Shown: positions 21,001-30,287, numbered from the stretch's first letter. The stretch is 64,000 bases of DNA from a virus (IMGVR_UViG_3300032322_001107:1-64000); one strand, 5' to 3'. Notes: generated from the letters alone by a model not told the origin. A program made the numbers and translations.

Positions 21001-24000
21001 AAGTCAAATTCGTCTAAAGGCCGCAGCCAATCGTGCGGCAAAACAGGAGCAGCAACGCACCGCAGACGAGGTTGTTGAGATTATCAAATCCATGGAGCTT
21101 CGCGGCCCCGTTCGTCCGAAACAAGCCCAAGCCCTTGCCAAACGTGCAGCCAAAGTCATTTGGACTAGCGAGAAGTCCATGGAGAGCTTTGTCGAATACG
21201 CTGCCAAGGTGGTAGAGAACGCCAACTATGATGCCGATCTTCGCGAGGCCAAGGCAGCACAGAAACGCGCCAAGGAACTTTCCAAACAGAAGAGAGTCGC
21301 TATGAGTCCGCAGCGCCTGATCTTGCAACAAATCGGAAATGTCGCAGTTAACAAGCTGGATGATCCGCGCATGTTTGCCGAGATGATCAACTACTACTTG
21401 CGTGGATTCAAGGATGTGCGTTCTCCTGATTATGTAGTTGTTCCTGATGAAGAAATCACGGGCTACATTTCTCAACTTGAAACAGAGTCTGTTAAGGATC
21501 AAGCCGAGGTAGAGCGCGAGACCAACGAAAGGCTTGCCCGCAAATACGACCTTGATCCAAATACTATTCCAGAGTTGATGAGCCTTATCAACATCATTGA
21601 AGAGATTGAAGGCAGGGAGAATCGCGAAGCCTTGGAGTCCATCCTTACAGACAAAGCAATCGAAACCCAAGACGGGTTGCGCGGCTACGACACAACCGCG
21701 CTTACCAACACTCAAAAGAAATTGGTCGAGTCAATGCTTGGTGTGGATCTCAAATCCATCAATAACCAAGAGAAGCAAATGTTTATTCGTATTGCCAACA
21801 ATATGATTTACAACAATCAGACCAATGGCGCGGAATACTTTGTGGCTACAGCCAAGGGTCAGCAGAACGCTCGCAAGGCGGCACAGGATTCAAAAATGAT
21901 CCAACGCAACAAGGCTTGGATTCCTCTTATTCCTTCATTCGGATCTTTGAAACTTCAGGAAACCCTTCGCAACTTCTCTTTGGAATTGCAATCGGTAGCC
22001 GACACCTTCCGCAACGTCTTCGGAAAAGACTTCATGGCCAAGGCTTACGAGATGATGGGCATGTTGGATTTGAACGAGGGATTCACCAAGGCCAATAACA
22101 CCATTGATGAAATACAAGATCTGATGGCAGAGTTCCACCAAGGCAACGAAAAGACATACGGTGACGCAGCCCGCAATCAAGACGGCATTCTTTCTGAAGG
22201 TGTGGCTGGATTCTTGATCCAAGAATTTCCGTTCAAGGATGAAGCAACTTCAATTCAGCAACGCCGAAACCTGATCAATGAATATATCGCCAATGCCCGT
22301 GAGTCGCGCCAAAAAGACCGTGTGGCTATGGCAGATCGCGTTGAGGCAATCCTAAACAAAGTTGATGGGGCTTCTGTTCAAGAGATCTTGAACAACATGA
22401 AGCGCGAATACCGCCCGAACTATGATTCTCTCATGTGGTATAAGGATGTTCTGTTCCCGAAATACAAAGACTTCCTCAAGCAGTTTGACGAGAACTTCAA
22501 CGATCAGGCCAATAACTACGATAGCCCCAACTATCTTCCGATTGCCTTCACTTCGGCTGGCCCAGCCTTGGCACTTGGCCCCGAAGACGTAAGTATTGCC
22601 AACTCAATTTCTCTCCAGCCCAAACAGTCGGTCTATACGATCAAGCGTCAGGATTACACCACGCTTCCAAAAGACAAGGACGGCAACCCTAAAGAAATTG
22701 AATTCAATCTTCGTCGCACCGCATTCAATAGCCTGTCAGACCAGATCAATAAGGCTTACACCAACCCTGCTTGGCAGCAGATTTTTGCGTTTATGAAGAC
22801 GCCAGAATCCATTGAGTTCTTTGGGGACAAAGCTAATCGTGATTTCTTTGTAGATCGCCTCAATAGGTTGCGAGCTTCCAGAGCAAGGCGTGGATCGGTA
22901 AGTGGAGGAGCTTTGGAAAAAGCACTTGATTCTTTCAGTATTATCTCCAGAAAGCTTGGCACTGGCATCGCGCTTGGTGGTGTATTCCAATGGATTAAGC
23001 AGCCCCCAGACCAGCTTCTTACGGCACTTGGAAGCGGAGGACGAGCAGATCTTCTGGCTAAAAACATTGCTCCATCTACACAGAAAGCGGCTAGAGAACT
23101 ATTAAATCAGTTTTCGATTGGAAGGCGCGGCGACTCATCTGCTGGTTATAAATACATTAACCAGATGGAGGGCCATCAAAGCCGCATGGAGCGTTATTTC
23201 TCAGAAAGTAAATGGGAGCAGGCCAAGGAACAAGGCGGAAAGATTGCTGATGTTTGGATGGTGGCTCTGAAGAAATCCGATTTCATTTCGGCCTCTGCTG
23301 CATGGATGACTTACTACGAAGGAGAGTTAAACAAGAACGACATCAAGATTGATGATTGGGCCAAGGAAGCCGAGCTTGTCAAAACCGATCCTGTCAGACG
23401 TCAAGCGGCAGCGTATGCCGAGCAGATGACCGACATCTATCAGGGTTCTAGCGACCCGACATCCATGGCAACATTTGCCCAGAGCGGTAAAACTGGATGG
23501 GAGAACTTCACCAAGGCTTTGCTTGTTCCGTTCAACTCATTTGCCATCCAGCAACGCATGAGGCTTTACTCTGATGCCAGAGACGCACTTAATGGAACCA
23601 GTGGCGGCAAGGGAGGACTAGCTGGAACCATTGGTGGCCTTATCCTTTTCCATACCACAAAACGATTTGTTCTTCCTGTTATTTCTGGAGGAACCGCAGC
23701 CATTCTTTACGGAATGCTGGGAGTTGACATGGAAGAGCCAGACGAAGAGAAGCAGAAAGAGATGGCCGACAGGAACTGGCGTCAGTTCTTGGCCGACATT
23801 ACTGGCAACTTGCTGGTTGGCGGAACCCCGCAGCTTGTTGAAAATAGGACGATTGAAGCCTTTAACTATGCTTCTTACATGGTTGGTTTACAGCTTGAGA
23901 GCGAAACTGTCATGGATGAAAACGGAGAGATTATGTCATTTGACAAGTATTCCAAAGAGCGTTCTCCATTCTATCGCTACAAGTCTTACGATAACGCCAT

Positions 24001-24265
24001 GAGTCTTGGCATGTTTGATATCGGATTTGATCAAGCAAAAGAAACAGCCCTTCAAACCAAGATGCTGATGGATCGGGACGAGATGGAAATGTATACTCCA
24101 GAAGAACAGCGACTGCTTTACTTCTCCGCCCTTTCAGAATGGCTCTATCTCATGCGCCTCAATGACACAGACTTCGCTCGCATTGTGAAAAAGGCCCGCC
24201 GCGATATGATCAAAGCAGCCGAAGAACGCGAGAAGGAATTGGCCCGTATCCGCGCTGGACGCTAG
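15032..24265 (+). CDS. Giant polyvalent ejection protein (two zincin metallopeptidase motifs, GNAT domain)
   Basis: 3077 aa with a G/A-rich hydrophobic N-terminus. HELGH near 17390, GNAT motifs RGQGSASKAL...WYKRNGF near 18370-18610, HEVGH near 19520, and a long helical C-terminus. Confidence 0.75.
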   Translation: MPIEYLDDIEEDITEAADTTPVEQPPVAGISEPVAPEPSGEFGGRIEYIEEEPLEIEPPRDNSWDTLRGFEVSMRQVPQLAYGVAGLVGETAEQLTGYGESLRDFGFKGYQDWAQSMEPISKETDDVTVAWQRAKEGDVGALVDWAQYGIGYALGQLGETAAVAVLGGVAGGAAGAAGGPTAVPAAAGGAVAAAAGKQGFKALAQNLVEKAIANQATKIVTKQAQKEGVELTAEQLAKRASQEAVKRQAGKEIGSNAAIFANAVGMQLGSIYGSAEEQARAEGRELTGVDLARIWGTGVATGGIEGVVDKFGLDLLKGKLSDKLPAGRLAGAAVAGGIGTVGEAATEAVQTVGERFGAGKDILSDEAINEYINASALGGLGGGAIGGVGGFISGNPKENAAAKAKVSSEANKEIAPASAETVARQADAVIAETVQETPEQRVARLQEEATAAAGIELEEEAPVSGLPPQPVTTPVEPTAEGEVAPVEPVVEPAVAEPQPVAEVAPADQPSPNLAPRAEAAVEARPVRQEGEPIGDFRNRKDAWDEQYGTDRRGGRTHNDDGTPYQPTVFDETISQVNASGVIGTDEDAMSAAIGTRSELEAGNAVKDLVNAGWVWDAAQNRMVNPQNPEQRPSDGLVEARQAPAPVTPTAPAVTPPAEVAPVPQLAPIEVEPQVAAQKAIDASRLSGSTLGMDRANQGVEQAREVAYDAKREASLPKTPIDIAIQTWEVAGNETKYGEPKFASGELGFAVSGGYDKSTNEVKLSNNPREFSSTSGDSALTPRSVVRHELGHWALFNAADNDLVRRLFEWADTADKTGILNPWHGGKAGVAYPKTKFDSRDELVSEAYSIWKSGGSVPNNVIPLLQDLDALIPTNLQNEALQFADSHSEKLGERPSASQVLNADRLRRVVRAEQAPEDVPSLVDAGLVEVYKDQPVLTEAGIAQLPEAERPRLNPEARKIQIDTGSNEVVAEAIAKNLRIGVDQVGTGVRMPAGWTLVEDIYVPPAPQEVVPEAPVAPKVEPEATEEEPAKVDPIDTFKGGIRDSGFKYLTYSDFRRENKTQDWEKEGGVTIDESYYPTAVVGDTRVAFGTNGLYVFKNQVKELYESDVDENGNTIFTIQRIVTPEDKRGQGSASKALTQITDAADKAGLTLQLQPAVISTLVGKGGKALNAKQLVDWYKRNGFVQKFDGSDAVLIRKPVTSAVPEVIPPRPADVEPEPAAEQELQSVVDKYQTSEPTARMILANLNFEAKEAGVIPDGWVVETIGGIKTALSPVFQKTRRDIQVAIRKFTIRERGALSARFFKEGWINEDQSKEYLREAISQSSQERVTAAEAEANERFDALVERIVGENRANISSVVGEVSKPTIDLEAEEQARAEKPSVSPSEVLDPNEIEFMSARQALKKLAESNVISFSDSGASGKARWRYTGKMVKPQYVRLQEAASVLAKTNLRTLDAERINISGDKSGRANRAYAGDIFIPRTEGSDRRTAYLEPWVLLHEVGHTLTSDAFQKYVPDKGLIGADYYKQLKDTLKNKKVPREVRRAITLYIDTIKALGFEKEYFKKGGLASNNADRGLRNAAARTSNKLINPFTGNEITRDDMYALADMHEFYAQAWNSESFQDILKQIKVEPQRSAFQKFVEIVKDIFGFESDTMAYAVIDTSLRLASLEAPTDTGATIESRIKTQKEFRAVKELPRTKMRWTNFGNGKYGGDRVKMSRNKFVKLGYDMAHFTITKGYKGVFGGGGNQWSVRVSIEEFYSKGKKANQLLPQTEIFVRTFDSKATAEEFAERLASDVNGMVNEKYGALKKGAPQPPTTRGKPAPRPRFAPAPEVRESRREDAIPTFSEGSPEATTLSTMAAAMAKVDGASEAKPNPENKPTYKISEIASVWMDQGGDVRQLQDLISENTNLTPTNAAKVANAIAKQYDIQQSIATAFIETQTGLSVEALPEGVTLPKEVDPDRPRPVMQRLFDVFMGVRVKPVKITGDEKALLKSQIRLKAAANRAAKQEQQRTADEVVEIIKSMELRGPVRPKQAQALAKRAAKVIWTSEKSMESFVEYAAKVVENANYDADLREAKAAQKRAKELSKQKRVAMSPQRLILQQIGNVAVNKLDDPRMFAEMINYYLRGFKDVRSPDYVVVPDEEITGYISQLETESVKDQAEVERETNERLARKYDLDPNTIPELMSLINIIEEIEGRENREALESILTDKAIETQDGLRGYDTTALTNTQKKLVESMLGVDLKSINNQEKQMFIRIANNMIYNNQTNGAEYFVATAKGQQNARKAAQDSKMIQRNKAWIPLIPSFGSLKLQETLRNFSLELQSVADTFRNVFGKDFMAKAYEMMGMLDLNEGFTKANNTIDEIQDLMAEFHQGNEKTYGDAARNQDGILSEGVAGFLIQEFPFKDEATSIQQRRNLINEYIANARESRQKDRVAMADRVEAILNKVDGASVQEILNNMKREYRPNYDSLMWYKDVLFPKYKDFLKQFDENFNDQANNYDSPNYLPIAFTSAGPALALGPEDVSIANSISLQPKQSVYTIKRQDYTTLPKDKDGNPKEIEFNLRRTAFNSLSDQINKAYTNPAWQQIFAFMKTPESIEFFGDKANRDFFVDRLNRLRASRARRGSVSGGALEKALDSFSIISRKLGTGIALGGVFQWIKQPPDQLLTALGSGGRADLLAKNIAPSTQKAARELLNQFSIGRRGDSSAGYKYINQMEGHQSRMERYFSESKWEQAKEQGGKIADVWMVALKKSDFISASAAWMTYYEGELNKNDIKIDDWAKEAELVKTDPVRRQAAAYAEQMTDIYQGSSDPTSMATFAQSGKTGWENFTKALLVPFNSFAIQQRMRLYSDARDALNGTSGGKGGLAGTIGGLILFHTTKRFVLPVISGGTAAILYGMLGVDMEEPDEEKQKEMADRNWRQFLADITGNLLVGGTPQLVENRTIEAFNYASYMVGLQLESETVMDENGEIMSFDKYSKERSPFYRYKSYDNAMSLGMFDIGFDQAKETALQTKMLMDRDEMEMYTPEEQRLLYFSALSEWLYLMRLNDTDFARIVKKARRDMIKAAEEREKELARIRAGR

Positions 24266-24906
24266 ATCAGTCCGCGCTTCTTAGCCTCGTCCAATTCTTC
24301 CTGAGTCCATTGCTGGGCATACCAGACTTGGCTATCCCAAGGTAGCGGTCTCATGCGGTCAACTCCGAAAGAAAGCCTTCCGTAGTTGTTGGGGCTATTC
24401 TCTTCTAGCTTCACAAACTTGTCCTCTGGTAACATATCCTTATCATGGGGGAGGAATAAGTAGCCCCGCAAGAAATCCAGAATGAAACTATGGCGGATTA
24501 GGAAGGTTGATTGGGCGCAATTCATCCAAGGCGCGGCATCCATCTTTGCCCCAAAGACCATGCCCTTGTCACCAAGATCCTCGTACATCTTTTCAGGAAC
24601 CCACCCGAACCACAGGCAATCAGCTTCTTTGTAAATGAAATCTCTACCACAGTTGTAGGCAATCATAGCCAGCGCACAGACAGAGGCCGACCAGCCACAC
24701 AACCCTTCGCGATCTTCTTTGATTAGGTCTCCGACATGGCCCACGTTATTATCCAAAAAGATATCCCCCTCCAATCCACTACTGTAGTCCGTGGACATGA
24801 TATAGTAGTTGTTGGAATACCCTTCGGTGTTAGCTTTCCAAACCCCAAGCATCATCTCGTCCCAATCGCAGCGACGATGGTAGCCCGAACCAATGATGTA
24901 ATTCAT
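24262..24906 (-). CDS. Glycosyltransferase-like protein
   Basis: YKEADCLWFG (DxD-like) and PEDKF motifs. ATG 24906 overlaps the upstream stop. Confidence 0.5.
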   Translation of the reverse strand: MNYIIGSGYHRRCDWDEMMLGVWKANTEGYSNNYYIMSTDYSSGLEGDIFLDNNVGHVGDLIKEDREGLCGWSASVCALAMIAYNCGRDFIYKEADCLWFGWVPEKMYEDLGDKGMVFGAKMDAAPWMNCAQSTFLIRHSFILDFLRGYLFLPHDKDMLPEDKFVKLEENSPNNYGRLSFGVDRMRPLPWDSQVWYAQQWTQEELDEAKKRGLI

Positions 24907-25466
24907 TTCTTGCGGTAGATAGATAGGGTGGGCTTTATCCAACGTGCCGTAGCAATAGACCTCAAATCCCGCGAGAAGTCTTCCATCCACTGGTATCCCC
25001 AAAACTCAAAGATATCATTCCAGTAGGATTGTGGCTGGCAGTTGACATGGTGGTGACCGCCCGTAGACCATTGCGGTTCCGAGTAGGTCATGGCCACGAT
25101 CTGGGCTGAGTTAAACGTAGCCATATAGTTGTTAACATACTGCTGTTCAACGTGTTCGACAAACTCGCAAGACCAAGCCAGATCAAAAGATCTATTTGGT
25201 TTGTATGGGCCTTGGGTGTAATCATGGATCATTATCTTGTCTTTGACTGGGCTATGCTCAAGAGCCTTGTAAGATCCCTCAATCCCGATGGCATCCACTC
25301 CGTTGTCCATAAACCACTTGATTGCGTGACCTTCTCCGCATCCAATATCAATCAAGTTTTTTGGTTGGAAGATATCGATTAGCTTCTGCCACACGATTGG
25401 ATCGTAAGTATCTGGGTCTCCGCCCTGAACAAACCCTCCGAGATGGCCGTCTTGCACTAAAATCAT
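24903..25466 (-). CDS. Class I SAM-dependent methyltransferase
   Basis: LIDIGCGEG, FDLAWSCEFVEHV and GHHHVNCQ, a pattern typical of glycan-associated methyltransferases. Confidence 0.85.
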   Translation of the reverse strand: MILVQDGHLGGFVQGGDPDTYDPIVWQKLIDIFQPKNLIDIGCGEGHAIKWFMDNGVDAIGIEGSYKALEHSPVKDKIMIHDYTQGPYKPNRSFDLAWSCEFVEHVEQQYVNNYMATFNSAQIVAMTYSEPQWSTGGHHHVNCQPQSYWNDIFEFWGYQWMEDFSRDLRSIATARWIKPTLSIYRKK

Positions 25467-25972
25467 TTTATTGCCTCCATAATAATGGTTTCGATTTCGT
25501 TATTGTGATCACCAATTACTTTTCCATGGCCTTCCAACTCACTAAATCCGCAGCCACAAATCTTATCTGGATCAAATCCAGCAGCAAAGAAACAAGCTTC
25601 AAGAATCGAATGATTCCAAGCCGAGAGATGGCCGTGATCCAATAGGATAGACTGAACAGCTTTTCGTTTCGATCCATCCCCGAATCCAGATTGCCCGTGC
25701 CATTTGAGATACGGCCCGTCTGCCAAATCGTAGATCTTATCTACGCTAGGAACTGCAATCCGTAGTATCCCATCTGGTTTTAGGATTCGGTAGGATTCAG
25801 TGAAAAACCTCACGGCATCAGGGGTTGTGGTATGCTCGACTACATGCTCCGCAAAGATAAAATCAATTGAATTGTCTTTATATGGAAGGGGTTTGGTAAT
25901 GTCCAGATCCGCATCATGGTTCTCCCAGCCATTCAGAATGTTTCCGCCACATCCAAGGTTTAGTTTAATCAT
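25463..25972 (-). CDS. SAM-dependent methyltransferase (type 11-like)
   Basis: KLNLGCG, FAEHVVEH and RILKPDGILRIAVP motifs. Confidence 0.85.
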   Translation of the reverse strand: MIKLNLGCGGNILNGWENHDADLDITKPLPYKDNSIDFIFAEHVVEHTTTPDAVRFFTESYRILKPDGILRIAVPSVDKIYDLADGPYLKWHGQSGFGDGSKRKAVQSILLDHGHLSAWNHSILEACFFAAGFDPDKICGCGFSELEGHGKVIGDHNNEIETIIMEAIK

Positions 25973-27282
25973 GTTAGTAGCATCTTGAATATTCTTTCAT
26001 TCCATTTTGAGGCGGGACGATCCATGGAATCTGTCCAGCTTGATGGGTGGTCTTTATGGTAAAGTATTTTTTCATTCGGGATTTCGGCAGGATAGCGGTC
26101 TTCGATCAGGTTGTCCATCGTGGAAACCCATCCAAATTGACGCCTAATCCAAGCGGCTACGGCCAAGTCAAACCAAGGAGAAGCCACGGCACAGTCAGGG
26201 AAGTTATAGATTCGGTCTGCCAACCAGTCCCAACGGAAGGCGAATAGCTCCCTGCCTATGTGGGCGGGATCTCGCCTCACCCCGACAGCCCCGAACCTAC
26301 GGCAATGCTCGACTACTTTATGGAGGTTAATTATCTGCACATCGTCATTAGTCCAGACAATGATGTCCCGACCCTTGGTAAACTTGAGAGCCTTGGCCAG
26401 CATCTCCTTCAGCATGGGCAAGGGGCGTCGATCCCCGATATTATTGGCTGTCCTATGGATATTTTCTGCTGTGAGCATATGGTCGAAGTGCGCTTTTTGG
26501 CTCTTAAAAGCCTCTCTATGGCGTTTTTCCTGCCCGAATCTATCCACAATCGCCCAGACTTCACCCACTGGAAGCAGGGTTTTCTCCACCTCATCACAGA
26601 TCTGGTCTATGTTATAGTCCCGATATCGGAAGGTGGAGGTAGCGGTAACTGGCGGAGGACTGCCTCGCCATCCATCATTGATCAAAGCAATTGTCGGACA
26701 CTTGGCAGCATTGGCCAGCCAGAGGTGGAGGGTATCGATAGTGACCAGACATGACGCCGCATCCAAAACCCCCAATAAATCAAATGGCTTTTCTGCTTGG
26801 ATGGTGGAGAGGTCTACGATTTTGTATTCGGGGAACCTTGCCTTGAGGCCGCGCACCAAATGTTCGCTATTCGCGAATGGCGAACTCACTCCATGGGTAG
26901 CCACGGCAATGAATGGGCCTTCTGGGATTAGCTTTTGTTCCCGTCTTGGGTCACGCCGATCAAAAACGTAGGGATGCTTGCGCCACTGATCCCGAAACCC
27001 ACCCAAGCGATAGCTCTCCAAGGCATAATTCTTTTCCTGTTTGGTTTCTTTCGGATGCATGAAGACCTGTGCAACTCGTAGGTCTGGCAATCCTTGGCAC
27101 AAATTTATACAGTGCTGTAACTCTACGGGATCTCCGCTATACTTCTTTGTCTGGCAGTAGCCTGTCCCCTCAAAGATCGAATAGTATTTCTCCGATGTTA
27201 CAAAGGTGGTTCCCTTGTTGGCATAGGCCACGGGCAAGAGGTTGATATTATCTCCGAGTCTCCCAAGATTCAGGATGGTCAT
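25969..27282 (-). CDS. GT9 (heptosyltransferase-like) domain fused to a second GT-like domain
   Basis: RLGDNINLLP and VTIDTLHLWLANA are GT9 motifs. The C-terminal part has IVWTNDD and PWFD (GT-A-like). Confidence 0.65.
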   Translation of the reverse strand: MTILNLGRLGDNINLLPVAYANKGTTFVTSEKYYSIFEGTGYCQTKKYSGDPVELQHCINLCQGLPDLRVAQVFMHPKETKQEKNYALESYRLGGFRDQWRKHPYVFDRRDPRREQKLIPEGPFIAVATHGVSSPFANSEHLVRGLKARFPEYKIVDLSTIQAEKPFDLLGVLDAASCLVTIDTLHLWLANAAKCPTIALINDGWRGSPPPVTATSTFRYRDYNIDQICDEVEKTLLPVGEVWAIVDRFGQEKRHREAFKSQKAHFDHMLTAENIHRTANNIGDRRPLPMLKEMLAKALKFTKGRDIIVWTNDDVQIINLHKVVEHCRRFGAVGVRRDPAHIGRELFAFRWDWLADRIYNFPDCAVASPWFDLAVAAWIRRQFGWVSTMDNLIEDRYPAEIPNEKILYHKDHPSSWTDSMDRPASKWNERIFKMLLT

Positions 27283-28871
27283 AGCTTCTTGAGCGTATCC
27301 AAAAGAGGGAGGAGGTCAACCATGGAGGTACGGCGTTTGACCTCCGCTTCCAGCATGGACTTGTATATACCATGTATATCCAGATCTGCTATATCCTGAT
27401 GGGATATACCTTGGATTGCCGCTTCCGCATTGTTGTCCAGTTGAGATATGATCTTGGCTATAGATGACGGATTCCCTGCCTCGTAGTCCGAGGCCATGAT
27501 GGTCTGAATGTCGCTGTCCGACAATAAATTCCAATTATAATTTGATGCGATGTCCTTGCCGCATAGTAGAAGGTGGGCAACCAACTGCTTCCAAGCCTCT
27601 CCCTTCTGCTCTCCATAGCGGGTTTCGGTGGGCAGGGCTATATGTCCCCCACCCATAGCCATCTTTTTTTTGAGTTGGGCAGACTTAATGCCAAGCAACT
27701 TCGCACACCGATTGGCCAACTCATCCCGCTCAATCCCGTCTTCCAAGACCGAGAGGGCTTGCCCGACTTTGCCCATGGCAATCTGTTTATCCTCAATTGA
27801 GTTTTTATCCAGCGATTCTGCCAATGCTTCAGGATAGATCTTGGCATTTGAGATCAGACTCGCAAGGTCTCCGCCCGAAACCAAGAAGGAATCGGGATCT
27901 CCATCTGGCAGCATAACGGCCCTAACCCTAACACCGAGGCTTGCCAGCCCCGCAAATGCCTTAAATGACGCCTCTCGCCCCGCTTTATCTCCGTCGAATA
28001 CCAAGACAGCCTCTTCGCATAGACGGCGAATGGTGGCCCCGTGGATGGCGGTGAACCCTGTTCCGAGTGGAGCAACAGCATTGTTGATCCCGTTCAAGTG
28101 GCATCTGATAGTATCAATCTGTCCTTCAACAATGACCGCTTGACCCGAATCAATGATAGATCGTTTGGCTTTATCTAGCCCGTAGAGAAGCTTTCCCTTG
28201 TGGAAGATGGAGGATTCGGGGGAGTTGAGATACTTGGCAGGGTGGTTGTCGGTGGTTCTGCCACTAAATCCGACCAGAGTCCCTGCTTCATCCGCTATCC
28301 CGAACATAATCCGATTGGTAAAACGTAGCGTCCCGTTGTCGTAAGTTAGACCCGATAGGGTATGATGATCTGCTGATCTCTCTGTATTACCAAAAAGGCT
28401 ATACCTGTTCGGGGCGAATCCAATCTTCCAATCCTCGCAGATCTCCTTATTGAATCCTCGTTCCTTGAGAATCCTTCGGGCCTCGACCCCCTCCTTACTT
28501 AAAAGCAAACTGAAAAATTGTTGGTGGGCCTTATAGACTACCGATACCAAGCCCCTTCGCAGCTTGTCCGCTTCAGATTCCTGCTCCTCAATAGCTATGC
28601 CAGCCTTGGCCCCAAGCTTTCTTACAGCTTCGGGGAAGTTGATCTTGTCCATCTCCATGACAAAGCGGAAGACCGACCCCCCCGCCCCGCATCCAAAGCA
28701 ATGGTAGGTGTTCTTCTCATCATTAATAAAGAAGGATGGACTCTTCTCCCGATGGAAGGGACACAAGGCAGAGAATCGCCCGCCCCTCTGTTTCACAGGG
28801 AAGTAATCCCCTGCTACTTCAGAGAGACGGACGTTCGCCGCTATCGAAGCAATGGTTGTATCAGAGATCAA
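27279..28871 (-). CDS. dnaG: DNA primase (bacterial DnaG type)
   Basis: CPFHREKSPSF...CFGC zinc finger, KYLNSPE, VEGQID, and FDGDKAG TOPRIM motif. Confidence 0.95.
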   Translation of the reverse strand: MISDTTIASIAANVRLSEVAGDYFPVKQRGGRFSALCPFHREKSPSFFINDEKNTYHCFGCGAGGSVFRFVMEMDKINFPEAVRKLGAKAGIAIEEQESEADKLRRGLVSVVYKAHQQFFSLLLSKEGVEARRILKERGFNKEICEDWKIGFAPNRYSLFGNTERSADHHTLSGLTYDNGTLRFTNRIMFGIADEAGTLVGFSGRTTDNHPAKYLNSPESSIFHKGKLLYGLDKAKRSIIDSGQAVIVEGQIDTIRCHLNGINNAVAPLGTGFTAIHGATIRRLCEEAVLVFDGDKAGREASFKAFAGLASLGVRVRAVMLPDGDPDSFLVSGGDLASLISNAKIYPEALAESLDKNSIEDKQIAMGKVGQALSVLEDGIERDELANRCAKLLGIKSAQLKKKMAMGGGHIALPTETRYGEQKGEAWKQLVAHLLLCGKDIASNYNWNLLSDSDIQTIMASDYEAGNPSSIAKIISQLDNNAEAAIQGISHQDIADLDIHGIYKSMLEAEVKRRTSMVDLLPLLDTLKKL

Positions 28872-29026
28872 AAACTAAGCGGATTAGGATTTGTTTCCAT
28901 CTCTTCAACGCGAGGCAAGACATAGATCTTGTCCTTGGTTGGTTTGCGCGGAGCCTCTACTGCCGAGATGATGGCAACAAAAACCGATAGCGAAACCATC
29001 ATTGCTATGTATTTATTCCAGTTCAT
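28868..29026 (-). CDS. Small protein with N-terminal hydrophobic segment (52 aa)
   Basis: Begins MNWNKYIAMMVSLSVFVAIISAVEAP. Stop/start overlaps on both sides. Confidence 0.5.
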   Translation of the reverse strand: MNWNKYIAMMVSLSVFVAIISAVEAPRKPTKDKIYVLPRVEEMETNPNPLSF

Positions 29027-29118
29027 TTCTTTCTGTATTTGGTTATTTGATCGATGTTGTAGTAGATGATGTATCCGAAAACGAATACAAACATGGTAAT
29101 AAAGAATGCGTCAATCAT
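29023..29118 (-). CDS. Small membrane peptide (31 aa)
   Basis: MIDAFFITMFVFVFGYIIYYNIDQITKYRKK, with ATGA overlaps. Confidence 0.5.
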   Translation of the reverse strand: MIDAFFITMFVFVFGYIIYYNIDQITKYRKK

Positions 29119-29360
29119 ACGAGGCAGAGATCTTCCTGATCGTAGAGTTGACCGAGATCGCGAAAATTCTCCAAGATTTTACCCATCAAATCATTGGATA
29201 CGATATCTTCAATGTCGATAAAGTGTTGACGTTCCAGCTTTCTGCATTCTACCACACTCATGGTTAGCTCAATGTTACTTGAGTCGTTCCAGATTGTGAC
29301 CCTTCCCCTGCAACGCTTTTCGGCGTTGAGGCCAGCCTTAGTTATGTGATGATGTGTCAT
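29115..29360 (-). CDS. Hypothetical protein
   Basis: ATGA-coupled ORF in the early block. Confidence 0.55.
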   Translation of the reverse strand: MTHHHITKAGLNAEKRCRGRVTIWNDSSNIELTMSVVECRKLERQHFIDIEDIVSNDLMGKILENFRDLGQLYDQEDLCLV

Positions 29361-29551
29361 TGGTCTCTCCCGTGCCATTGAAGCGGGGCAAGTTCATCGA
29401 CTGCCATGCTGTAAATTAGTTCCCTCTGACTGTCACTCAATGGATTTCCAACATTGACTGAGTTTCTCAGTATAGTGATGGCACTCCTGACATTGGCGAT
29501 GAGGATGTTGTTTCTTCCGAAGTCTTCACTGTGTGGATTTTTAGTTTTCAT
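29357..29551 (-). CDS. Hypothetical early protein
   Basis: ATG preceded by the A/C-rich leader AAACACACAAACC. Confidence 0.55.
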   Translation of the reverse strand: MKTKNPHSEDFGRNNILIANVRSAITILRNSVNVGNPLSDSQRELIYSMAVDELAPLQWHGRDQ

Positions 29552-29822
29552 GGTTTGTGTGTTTGATGGAGATCCAATCCTCCGTTTGTTGGTATGCGTC
29601 CAGACGGGGAACCCAAGGAACATTGCTGCACCATGAGATTCCTTCCGCCAGAAGCGAAGGTTGTTTAGGTTTGCGGACAAGCAGCATGAGGTCATGCCAC
29701 AGATCACAAACAAATCTTACTTGATTTTTAGACATAGGAATCCTCCTGACGTTGGCATTCCGCTTTAATGTCCTCCAAACTTGATGCCCTCCCAAAACTC
29801 AAAGTGGGTCTTCCCGCAGGCA

Positions 29823-30029
29823 TCAGTCCACATTGGAAACCTCCGTGTTTTTAACCATGCGATAGACCTTGATTGTGTCCCGCAAGTCATCCCTGTTCCA
29901 CTTGTTGAAGGTGGGCAAGATTGATCGATTGCGGATTCTATATCCGTTGCGGATTGCGTTGCGTAGAACGCTGTCCATCAGGATCATGTTGGGCAACGTT
30001 GGTTTGAATGATTGGATTTTAGTTTTCAT
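29823..30029 (-). CDS. Hypothetical early protein
   Basis: ATG preceded by the leader AACAAGCACACCC. Confidence 0.55.
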   Translation of the reverse strand: MKTKIQSFKPTLPNMILMDSVLRNAIRNGYRIRNRSILPTFNKWNRDDLRDTIKVYRMVKNTEVSNVD

Positions 30030-30073
30030 GGGTGTGCTTGTTATGTTAGACATTGTCCGTCACCTGACGTTCA

Positions 30074-30283
30074 ATGAAAAGTAGCTGGTCAATCCACGAT
30101 TTCCCGCCCGAAGAAGGCGAGGCTCCCGCCCCAGTGGTAGAGAAACCCTTTGTCCCTCCACCCTTGACCAGTAAAGAGAAGGAGGCAATCCGCTTTGCGG
30201 CCTTGCGGAATCGACCCGATAGAAAGGGAAGGGGAGCCAGACGGCGAGCGGGGGAAAAGAAGTGGGCAACAAAAGGCAAATAG
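30074..30283 (+). CDS. Hypothetical protein (strand ambiguous)
   Basis: Protein-like composition, but a competing minus-strand ORF covers 30046-30291. Confidence 0.35.
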   Translation: MKSSWSIHDFPPEEGEAPAPVVEKPFVPPPLTSKEKEAIRFAALRNRPDRKGRGARRRAGEKKWATKGK

Positions 30284-30287
30284 GTGT

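Noticed and set aside
19784-21715. Long antisense ORFs (313 aa and 233 aa) inside the giant gene
   Set aside because: They have no motifs and are typical shadow frames produced by codon bias of the sense gene.
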